Of a stretch of 64,000 nt of DNA, positions 56,204 to 64,000 are shown in pieces. The notes beneath the pieces are model-generated. The model was given only the letters and a program-made list of their open reading frames with translations. It was not told where the DNA came from and did no database searches. Positions within the stretch are counted from its first letter, which is position 1. Each line of letters opens with the position of its first letter. Origin of the DNA: Candidatus Latescibacterota bacterium (GTDB taxonomy: Bacteria; Latescibacterota; UBA2968; UBA8231); contig OZ241867.1 of assembly GCA_965203175.1 (NCBI GenBank), positions 4,640,001 to 4,704,000 of the forward strand. The letters are read 5' to 3'. The position numbers and the translations under genes are program-made.

Positions 56204-57661
56204 ATGACGGACGAAAAATCGGCCTTTTTGTTCATTGATGATGAGTCTATCGAAAGCCTCGACAATGTCGTAAAAGGGGTCGTACCCGCAAAGAAGGTTT
56301 CGCAACAACCGCTGATCGAGAAAGATCAGGCTTGGGAGGAGGAGTGGCTGATCGGCAGCTACATCAACGTCATGTACGACGAAGAAGAAAACATCTTCAA
56401 GATGTGGTACGGCGTGGGCCGCAAATTGAGCGACGCACGTGGCGACCAAGCGGACGGAGTAGCCTACGCCGTCTCCCAAGACGGGATCCACTGGGAAAAA
56501 CCCGTCCTCAACCTCTTCGAGGACGGCGGCAGCAAAGAGAATAACCTAGTCTTTCCATTTTTCAGGTGGGGAGCTGGGACCGGCGTCATGAAAGACCCCA
56601 TTGAAACCGATCCGGCCAAGCGCTACAAGATGCTCTTTATGTTCCAAAGCGGCGACATGATATTCGCCGGGATTGTCCAGCCGGTCTGTGTGGCGTATTC
56701 TGCCGACGGAATCCATTGGGACGTGCCCCAGCGCTGGCTCAACCCGGTCATTCCCGAGGGATCGGACACCCATCTAGTCGCCTATTGGGATGCCAAAATC
56801 CACCGCTACGTCGTCTATCTGCGGGGCCGGCCCAACGTGCGCATCATTTGCATGGCCGAGAGCAGTGATTTTGAAAACTGGACTCCGCGCCAGATCATCG
56901 TCGCCCCTGACGCACTGGATCCCCCCCAGGACCACGAGTTCTACGGCATGAGTTCGCTGGCATACCGAGACTTTCGCATCGGCTTCCTGTCTGTGTTTCA
57001 CACGCTCTACGAGGGATGGGTCGCCCAGAACCAGATCGAAGATTGGATGCCCGCATGGATGAACCAGATGGACGTTCAGTTGACCTATTCAAAGGACGGC
57101 CGCACCTGGCATCGGGCGGGCAACCGCGAACCAATTCTGCTCTGCGGCCCTCCGGGCAGCTATGATTGTGGATCTGTCTATCCCCCACATGCCCCTTTTG
57201 TCCTAGACGAAGAGATATGGGTCTATCACGGCTGCTCAAACGATCTACACGGCGAGCCCCCGCGCGGCGGCGAAAAATCCCAGCGGGGAATCAATCTGGC
57301 GAAAATCGAAAAGGACCGACTGGTCTGTCTGAAAACGGACGCTCAGGGAGTTGTGACTACGGTTCCACTGAGCATTGATCCTCATGCCTTGTGGATCAAC
57401 GCCGACGCGAGCGACGGCTCACTGCAAGTGGAATTGGTCGATCCGTTTGACCGGATCGTGCCGGGTTTTGGCCGCGACGACTGCATCCCCTTCTCGGGCA
57501 ATGAGACAGAATACCAGATACAATGGAAAGGCGATGGGAGAGGCGCGGACGGGAGCAAGGCGGGCGGTCTCGAACAGAAGATGGTCTCGCAGATGCGAGG
57601 CGGGCTCAAGGTCAAAGTGTACCTGGACCGCGCCAAACTATTTGCTCTCTATGCTTCTTAG
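56204..57661 (+). CDS. Five-bladed beta-propeller glycoside hydrolase-like protein (GH32/43 clan-like)
   Basis: SQDGIHWEKP, SADGIHW, SSDFENW, SKDGRTW repeats; LWINAD C-terminal domain. Confidence 0.72.
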   Translation: MTDEKSAFLFIDDESIESLDNVVKGVVPAKKVSQQPLIEKDQAWEEEWLIGSYINVMYDEEENIFKMWYGVGRKLSDARGDQADGVAYAVSQDGIHWEKPVLNLFEDGGSKENNLVFPFFRWGAGTGVMKDPIETDPAKRYKMLFMFQSGDMIFAGIVQPVCVAYSADGIHWDVPQRWLNPVIPEGSDTHLVAYWDAKIHRYVVYLRGRPNVRIICMAESSDFENWTPRQIIVAPDALDPPQDHEFYGMSSLAYRDFRIGFLSVFHTLYEGWVAQNQIEDWMPAWMNQMDVQLTYSKDGRTWHRAGNREPILLCGPPGSYDCGSVYPPHAPFVLDEEIWVYHGCSNDLHGEPPRGGEKSQRGINLAKIEKDRLVCLKTDAQGVVTTVPLSIDPHALWINADASDGSLQVELVDPFDRIVPGFGRDDCIPFSGNETEYQIQWKGDGRGADGSKAGGLEQKMVSQMRGGLKVKVYLDRAKLFALYAS

Positions 57662-57664
57662 TAA

Positions 57665-57762
57665 CTGATGTTACGCATCGTTCTGATTATGGGCTAGGCC
57701 ATAGAGATGCTGAGCGGAGCGAAGCATCTCCTACCCAAGAGGCTTCCTGTGCATAACATCAG
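57665..57762. mobile_element. 98-bp MITE-like element
   Basis: TIR CTGATGTTACGCA / TGCATAACATCAG (12/13); flanking direct repeat TTAGTAA at 57658-57664 and 57763-57769; internal hairpin GAGATGCT...AGCATCTC. Confidence 0.75.
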
Positions 57763-60700
57763 TTAGTAAACGCCGAGTCCTACACTACTAAGCCGCCCTC
57801 CCGCTAGACTGCACACCACGCCGCTGCGGCACGGCCACAAACCGCGAATTTCCGCTTCCATCGCCATAGAACCCACGCACCTGCCGTCTGCATCACAGGC
57901 TAGCAGCACGCCCTTTTCCACGGCTGCGACAATGTATTCCCCCACCGGAGCGATAGCCCGAATCCACTCGCCGACTTGGACATGCCAACGCAATTCCCCT
58001 CGGTAGCTAAAGGCGTAGAGTTCGCCGAATTCACTCGCCGCGACCAAGCCCCAAGAAAAGGCGATGAGTCCCACAACCTCGCCGACGATATTGACGTGCC
58101 AGACCTCGGCCCCATCCTGCGGTTTGACCGCATAGATCCAGCCGTCCTGCGTGCCGTAGACGATTTCGCGCACGCCATCTCCATCGACATCGACCAGTTG
58201 CAAATGGGTGAGGCCGATACCGCGGCGCGGCGTGGTCGCATTGCCCTCGGACCCCACCTCTTCAAAGGTGGTCCAGCGGAAAGACCCGTCGCTGTTGTGC
58301 ACATTGAGCGGAGTGGAGTATTCAGTCCCCGCAATCACCTCGGCCTGCCCATCGCCGTCCACATCCGCCGCAGCAAGCGCCGTGATCGCGTGATAGCGCA
58401 CCCACTCTGCCCATTCGAGCGTGCCATCCGCAGCAAAGGCGTTTATGTACCAGCCCACGGTTGACGCCAAGACACTCGTGCGGCCCTGCCCCTCCAGGTC
58501 GGCCACAGCTAGGCCGGAGACTTTTGCACCCCACCCCGAATTTTTCAAGGTCCTGCCCCAGCGCTGCTCTCCGCTGTGGCCTTCGAGTGCGGCCAGTTGA
58601 CCATCGTCCGTGCCCACCAGCGCTTCCACTTCCCCATCGGCGTCGATATCGGCCAAAAGCAGGGCGCTGGCTACACGATCTGTGCCTAGTTGGTGCGACC
58701 ACATCGCCGCGCCATCCCCCAGTCCCAGTTGGACGACCTCCCCTTCCTCAGTGCCAGCAAGTAAAATTTCATCGTGGACCGCCACAGCGCTTATCTCGGT
58801 CGAACCCAAGTCCCGGCTCCACTTGACGGCCAAGCCACCTTCTGGCCGGAGTCGAGAAGGTTCCACCACAGCAGGGGGAGGTTCTGATGCGACGGCGTCT
58901 AGGGCGTCGCAAATGCGTTGCGCCATTTCGCTCTGTCCCACTTGGAACGTCGCATGAGACCCATCAAGCACCTGCCAGTCCCAATCCTCGCCCTCGGCAA
59001 AGCCCAAGCGTTCAATACCCTGCAAAGTCAGGCTATCTCCCTTTAGAGAAATCCCGAACATTTCGGCCTCAATTGCCAGCACACCCAAGCAGGTATGGCC
59101 GACGCCCAAAATAGTCGTCTCCCCCCCGTCGCGAATCTCGACGGTCCTTTCATTTAGGCGCGATATGCCGATGTCGGGATGCGGCGTCAGCAGGTTGATA
59201 TAGACGAGATTCTCCCCCGGCTGCATGGTGCGAGCGGCTTGCTGGTGCAGAACGTGGAGTATGTCCCCGGCGTGTGGATAGTTGGACCAACGGCTTTTCA
59301 CGTGCAAGTCGGCGACGATTTCTTGGGCCGCTCCATCGGCATTGTCGATATAGAAGTGTTCGCCCTCTTGGTGCAGACATACCCTAGACCCTGTGAGTTC
59401 AGCTTCGCCCACCAGACGCCACAAGCAGTAGCAGCGGTAATCCCCGGCCTCGGTGCATTGCAGTTGATCAATCACCGCAAAGTAGCGCCCCTTGCCCCAG
59501 AAGATATTGCGCCGCCAGTCCACTCCGTTATACCCGGCAGCCTCGGTCTGCACCAAGCCAAGAGCAGCACTTTCGCTGCTGTAGTTCAGCGAGGCCAGCA
59601 GCGGCATCAGCAGCCCATCTCCCGGCGGCTGCAACACGCCCACGCCATCGCGGATGACGGCGATTGAATTGTGGAATTTGGGTGCCGCCCGAATATAGTC
59701 GCCGTCCCCCAGCCAAGCCCGGTCGTTCCACGTCAGCCGGACGATGGTATTGCTGTCTTCGTGCCCGTGGCAGAACGTGCCGCTCCCTTCGAGCAACAGG
59801 TACTCACTCATCGGGTCGAAGTCGCGCCGCAAAGAGAGCTTGTCGAAGTAGTCTTTTTGTGGATCGGGCTGGCTATCAGCCGGAGCGTACGCGCGCACCC
59901 ACCGCAGCGCTTTGTCCGGCAATCTCATCGCGTATATACCAAGCAGACCGACCGGTTCCTCGGGGACGCAATCGGCGAGCGCCAATCCATTTTCCCCCCA
60001 CTCGACGCCAGCATAAAGCCCCCGCAACACGTGCGCCAATGTCGGCCTCTTGCGCGCACCCAGCCAGTTGAGGATCCACAAATGCTCGGGGTTGCGCGCA
60101 TACCAAGTGGAAACCATCGGCGCCCACAAGCGGCCTTCCCATCCCTGGGACGGGGAAAAAGCAGCGTACCCCGAGGTATCCCCGTGGTTGCTCTCGCTGC
60201 GCATGTTGTCCGTAGTCACCACCGCTAGCGTACACAAATCGGCGATGTGGCCGTTCTCGATGTACCCGTAGTCGTTCTTAAGCAACCCGTACGAGAGCGT
60301 CTCTTGGGGCACGAGCCAAGCGTACCCCACGCCACCATCGTCGTTGGATCTGTAGCAATCGCTCTGGCCAGCAAAAATCCGCTCCACCACCTTCTCGGTG
60401 GAATCGAACTCGCGGATGCCGTAGCGCTTGCTCAGGTAGTTGTGACCCGCAGCCAAGTCCATGGCGATATAAGTAGTGTGGTTCTGGCGAATCTGGTCGG
60501 GAGGGTTGACTCTTTCCTCCATATAGAACAGTCCGGCCAAATGGCGTATCATCTCGCCCATCATGATCGCCACCCCACGGCGGTCGGCCTCGGTATAGAG
60601 CGGACTATCCTCGATCAGTTCCCAGAGATGAATGAGGCTGTGGAAGTGGAAAAAGCAGTGGTAGGTCTCTGGGTAGTCGCGCCGCTGGGCCAGCCAGGGT

Positions 60701-61365
60701 TCTAGGGAACCGGCGAAGATGGCTGGCACGGCGCGGCCCCACACCGGATGATCGGTCAGATAGTAATACCAAGCGTAGTTTTCCACCTGACCACCCCGAA
60801 AAGGCGTGGAGACCCAAGCGCCTTCCCAAGTCTTGAGATCGTCCTGCACCATCTTTTCCAGTTGTGCTTCCTCGGGAAACGGGGGCAGAGGATGCTGGAA
60901 CTGAGCGGCGTGCACTCGCTGCAATTCCCCGTCACTAGCACGGACCAAGTCCTCGAACACCGCAAAGGCCGCTAGCAGCCCTTCCCGGCTACTGGCCCCG
61001 AGGACGATACAGTTTTTGCCATAGCCGAAGGGATCTGAAATCGACTTGACAAAATAGCCGTTCCCGCCGGGAAAAAAGGTGTCGACAAAACAGCAGCGGG
61101 CCGTGTAGAGCCGCCGTAGCGCGGCATTGTTCGTCATATTGCCGCAGGCGATCACCTGCGCACTGCCAAAGAGCGCGTCGGTGAAATCCCGCTGCGCGAC
61201 AATATCGGGTGCTCGCCCTCCCACGGCGGCGATAACACCCTGTAATTGCACAACGAGCGAGGTTGCTTGGAGACCATCCGGCACCACCAGGACCGTATCC
61301 GCAGCAAGGTCAGTGCGGGGAAAGTGTCGGGAATGCACAAAGGCGAATTCTGTCATATCAGCCAA
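57763..61365 (-). CDS. 1200-aa heparinase II/III-like protein with C-terminal PQQ/FG-GAP propeller
   Basis: HGHEDSN, FHNSI, WRRNIF motifs; repeated ADIDADGE / ADVDGDGQ / VDVDGDGV. Confidence 0.65.
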   Translation of the reverse strand: MADMTEFAFVHSRHFPRTDLAADTVLVVPDGLQATSLVVQLQGVIAAVGGRAPDIVAQRDFTDALFGSAQVIACGNMTNNAALRRLYTARCCFVDTFFPGGNGYFVKSISDPFGYGKNCIVLGASSREGLLAAFAVFEDLVRASDGELQRVHAAQFQHPLPPFPEEAQLEKMVQDDLKTWEGAWVSTPFRGGQVENYAWYYYLTDHPVWGRAVPAIFAGSLEPWLAQRRDYPETYHCFFHFHSLIHLWELIEDSPLYTEADRRGVAIMMGEMIRHLAGLFYMEERVNPPDQIRQNHTTYIAMDLAAGHNYLSKRYGIREFDSTEKVVERIFAGQSDCYRSNDDGGVGYAWLVPQETLSYGLLKNDYGYIENGHIADLCTLAVVTTDNMRSESNHGDTSGYAAFSPSQGWEGRLWAPMVSTWYARNPEHLWILNWLGARKRPTLAHVLRGLYAGVEWGENGLALADCVPEEPVGLLGIYAMRLPDKALRWVRAYAPADSQPDPQKDYFDKLSLRRDFDPMSEYLLLEGSGTFCHGHEDSNTIVRLTWNDRAWLGDGDYIRAAPKFHNSIAVIRDGVGVLQPPGDGLLMPLLASLNYSSESAALGLVQTEAAGYNGVDWRRNIFWGKGRYFAVIDQLQCTEAGDYRCYCLWRLVGEAELTGSRVCLHQEGEHFYIDNADGAAQEIVADLHVKSRWSNYPHAGDILHVLHQQAARTMQPGENLVYINLLTPHPDIGISRLNERTVEIRDGGETTILGVGHTCLGVLAIEAEMFGISLKGDSLTLQGIERLGFAEGEDWDWQVLDGSHATFQVGQSEMAQRICDALDAVASEPPPAVVEPSRLRPEGGLAVKWSRDLGSTEISAVAVHDEILLAGTEEGEVVQLGLGDGAAMWSHQLGTDRVASALLLADIDADGEVEALVGTDDGQLAALEGHSGEQRWGRTLKNSGWGAKVSGLAVADLEGQGRTSVLASTVGWYINAFAADGTLEWAEWVRYHAITALAAADVDGDGQAEVIAGTEYSTPLNVHNSDGSFRWTTFEEVGSEGNATTPRRGIGLTHLQLVDVDGDGVREIVYGTQDGWIYAVKPQDGAEVWHVNIVGEVVGLIAFSWGLVAASEFGELYAFSYRGELRWHVQVGEWIRAIAPVGEYIVAAVEKGVLLACDADGRCVGSMAMEAEIRGLWPCRSGVVCSLAGGRLSSVGLGVY

Positions 61366-62614
61366 TAAATCCTTGCAGTACCTGCCACTCCTCTTCGCTC
61401 ATGTCCGAGTAGTGCCAGTAGATGAGGCTTTGCAGGCCGCTGGCGACAATGGCCTGCAAGAGCAATTCGAGTTCGTTGGACGAGATCCGCACCCCGCCGT
61501 GGTGCAGGCCAACCCAAGGTTTGAGGCGCTCCACCGGACCAGTGCGGAAGATCATCTTGGCGATTTCCCCGGGTACGGTCTCGCGAAAAAAGGCTTCATT
61601 GAGCGGCGCCGACAACTCGTCTAAGGTGCGCACGCCGGGCATGGTGAAACCGAACAGTTTAAAGACAAAATCCAGCGCCAACCCCTCGTCCACGCCCTCG
61701 TTCAATTCTACCAGCGTTTTGGCGTAGCGGTACACCGTCCCCTTCAGCCCGTCAATGCCGTGCTGCCAAAAGTAGAGCTTGGGGGCGATAAAATCGGTCA
61801 CTTCACCTAAGCGTCGATAATTGTATCCAGTCAGCGGCGCAAAGGCCGAGATCCGGGGTCCGCAGGCCAGCTTCAATTTCGGATCAATCTCTTTGACGCC
61901 GCGGTAAAATGCACCCACGTAGTGCTCGATACACGTGGTCTTAAAGCGAATCCAGTCGAAGAGCGCGGGATCCTGCAAGAGCAAATCCACCGCGTCAAAA
62001 GGCCCGGTCTGCGCCTCGATAAAACCGCGCATCACAGCCGGACTCAATGCGCTCAGACGAGCCCGCAAGCGCTCGGCCGCTTCCTGCATGGCGGCGAAAT
62101 CGCAACCCAACTCCCGCGCCTTGTTCTCGCAGTGCTGACAGAAACACGTGAATACGTCGCTGCGGTGTCCCGGCTCAATTTCGTAGCCGTATTCGGGGCC
62201 GTCGAGCACAAAACCACCGGTGTCGGGATATTGGGCGAAGGTGTCCCGGGTGCGCGCCAAGCCGTAGCGCACCTGCTCGGGATTGTTCAAACACGAGCCC
62301 GACTCGAACCAGCCGAACTGTCCCCAATCGTGGAAGTAGATAGCAAACCCCTTGTCGGCCGCGGCTTTCACCGCATCGCCGAAAATGCGACTCGACGCTT
62401 CTAGGTCGGTGGGCAGTTGAGGCGGTTGTTTTTCGCAGTCTTGGTAAAAATCCTCATTGGGGGCAAAGGAAGGGCCTTGGGTCTCGCCTTGCCGCAAGAT
62501 CAAATCGCCCAGCACCAATTCCCTGATGCCCCCGTCCCACAGGCGCTCGATAATGTAGTCCGCGCCGTCGTTTTCAAATGCCTGAATCTGTCCCATGAAC
62601 ATCACAGGTCGCAT
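61358..62614 (-). CDS. Hypothetical TIM-barrel glycoside hydrolase-like protein
   Basis: CLNNP, FVLDGPEY, CFCQHC, DWIRFK pattern. Confidence 0.55.
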   Translation of the reverse strand: MRPVMFMGQIQAFENDGADYIIERLWDGGIRELVLGDLILRQGETQGPSFAPNEDFYQDCEKQPPQLPTDLEASSRIFGDAVKAAADKGFAIYFHDWGQFGWFESGSCLNNPEQVRYGLARTRDTFAQYPDTGGFVLDGPEYGYEIEPGHRSDVFTCFCQHCENKARELGCDFAAMQEAAERLRARLSALSPAVMRGFIEAQTGPFDAVDLLLQDPALFDWIRFKTTCIEHYVGAFYRGVKEIDPKLKLACGPRISAFAPLTGYNYRRLGEVTDFIAPKLYFWQHGIDGLKGTVYRYAKTLVELNEGVDEGLALDFVFKLFGFTMPGVRTLDELSAPLNEAFFRETVPGEIAKMIFRTGPVERLKPWVGLHHGGVRISSNELELLLQAIVASGLQSLIYWHYSDMSEEEWQVLQGFIG

Positions 62615-62655
62615 GAGCTATCCTCCTTTGTCGCGGTCGAATTGATCTAGTCCGT

Positions 62656-64000
62656 TTACTTTCCCTCTAAGGCGAGATATTTGTCGAGATCGCGTCGCGC
62701 CCTGTCGAGAAATGGATGGTCTCCGGCTTGGTAGCATTTGACGCGTGCTTCGAGCAAATCGCGTTTCCAAGGCACGTGCGGTTCCAACTCGTCGAGCACC
62801 TCTATGCAGTTCTGCGGAAAATTGAGCTCATAGCCCAGATTCAACAATGCGTTAAGCCGTGTCTCCCTAGCGTAATCCATGACAAACGGAGAACGCAACG
62901 CCGCGTACAACCGCTCGGCATGAGCCGCATCCCGACCGCCGAGGTCCACCGCTAGCGCCAAGCCGCGCTGCATGAGTGCGGGCCAAGCCCAGGGATCGCG
63001 GCCGTACCCCTCAAAAGCGGACTCTAGGGCGGCGACTGCTTCTGGTATCCGTCCCTGACGCGCGTGCAAAATGGCCAAGATCACATCCGCTTCAACGGGC
63101 TGTAGGTCGCGCAACTGCTCTATGTACTGAGCGGCTTCCTCGCGCTGGTTGACCGCCATCATATAGGCCACAGCCGACACTTCGTGTAGCCCTCGCGGCT
63201 GTCGCGGCTGACTTTGCCACCACGCCAGCCCATTGCGCGACCGCGCGTCCCACCAAGCCGATAAGGCTCGCAGGCGATATCGCTGGTGCGGCGTCACCGG
63301 GTACCGGTCCGGGCGAACTTGTTCCCCTTGGCCAATCAAAAAGGCGAGGCGCTGGTCCATAATCCATTCCCAATCCACGTCCCCACCCGTCACGCGGGGC
63401 CGATCTTCTCCTCGGTCACGCGCCAATTTTTCTACCGTCTCGATATTGAAATGCCTCCCGAGCCCCAGATGGCGGGCAAAGGCGTACTCCACCAAGGTGC
63501 GATCGTCCGTATTCAACGCTTGCTCGCGCGCCAAATCGCGCGCCACTGCGGGGCCGGCTACGTAATGGGCGAGAAAGCCCTCGAGGTCCGCAGTGCGCCA
63601 GACTGCGGCCAGTGCACTGCGGTAGGGTTCCTCGGCGATCCGGGCGCGCAGCCTCGGAACATCGTACGACACCGGTCCGGCAGACGACAGCAGCAGCAAA
63701 TCACCGCGCTGAGTCTGCCAAGTTTCCACGTGCGCGAAAACCGAACTCAGGGTAGCGTAGATGGTGCGGATGGTCTGCTCGTCCACCTCGTACATTTGCA
63801 CCCACTGCGCGAACAAGCCGCCGTCCCGCAGCAGCGGCGCTACCCCTTCGTAAAATTCGCGCGTGTACAGGCTGGCGACCCCCGCCCGGTAGGGATTCGA
63901 AGGCTCGGAGAAGATGAGGTCGTAGGATTGTCGGGTGGTCAAGACGACCTCTCGCCCATCGCCGACCACCGTATGCACCTTGGGGTGGCCGACGGCGTTC
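62656..64000 (-). CDS. Fused MFS/spermidine synthase-like protein with TPR-like tail (5' end lies outside the window)
   Basis: GDGRE, YDLIFSEPSNP, LYTREFY, GGLFAQW, NTDDR; frame open to the window edge. Confidence 0.85.
   Translation of the reverse strand, partial: NAVGHPKVHTVVGDGREVVLTTRQSYDLIFSEPSNPYRAGVASLYTREFYEGVAPLLRDGGLFAQWVQMYEVDEQTIRTIYATLSSVFAHVETWQTQRGDLLLLSSAGPVSYDVPRLRARIAEEPYRSALAAVWRTADLEGFLAHYVAGPAVARDLAREQALNTDDRTLVEYAFARHLGLGRHFNIETVEKLARDRGEDRPRVTGGDVDWEWIMDQRLAFLIGQGEQVRPDRYPVTPHQRYRLRALSAWWDARSRNGLAWWQSQPRQPRGLHEVSAVAYMMAVNQREEAAQYIEQLRDLQPVEADVILAILHARQGRIPEAVAALESAFEGYGRDPWAWPALMQRGLALAVDLGGRDAAHAERLYAALRSPFVMDYARETRLNALLNLGYELNFPQNCIEVLDELEPHVPWKRDLLEARVKCYQAGDHPFLDRARRDLDKYLALEGK

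Noticed and set aside
1-64000. CRISPR arrays, tRNA, rRNA, integrase, reverse transcriptase
   Set aside because: None recognised on reading; small structured RNAs could be missed without covariance searches

Overview
GC-rich bacterial window with no rRNA, tRNA or CRISPR array that I could find. Most genes serve small-molecule and glycan catabolism: five enolase-superfamily (MR/MLE) paralogues, several Gfo/Idh/MocA oxidoreductases, ceramidase-like and sialidase-like hydrolases, 2OG-Fe(II) oxygenases, and TonB, SSS and ABC transporters. This profile resembles Latescibacterota/Poribacteria-like sponge or marine bacteria (inference only). The accessory content is: (i) an IS481 with TIRs and a 5-bp TSD, a frameshifted transposase, and an insertion that clips one of two AT-rich paralogous '...AGWW' membrane-anchored ORFs; (ii) a TA mosaic (DUF4160/DUF2442, a Uma2 stub, a HigA-like pseudogene) beside a single-ORF fusion of DUF5131/Gp37Gp68 with TcmP; (iii) a lower-GC, translationally coupled triad (TIGR04255-like, small protein, MazF/PemK-like), bracketed by a 31-bp duplication of a host gene 3' end and surrounded by methyltransferase and Fic fragments, which is the best candidate for an undescribed defence/TA system; (iv) an IS200/IS605 tnpA-tnpB element whose ends predict a CCAT TAM; (v) a 98-bp MITE. 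Three gene blocks are each flanked by a decayed copy of the adjacent host gene end, with no integrase in the window. Family assignments come from motif recognition by eye, not from database searches.
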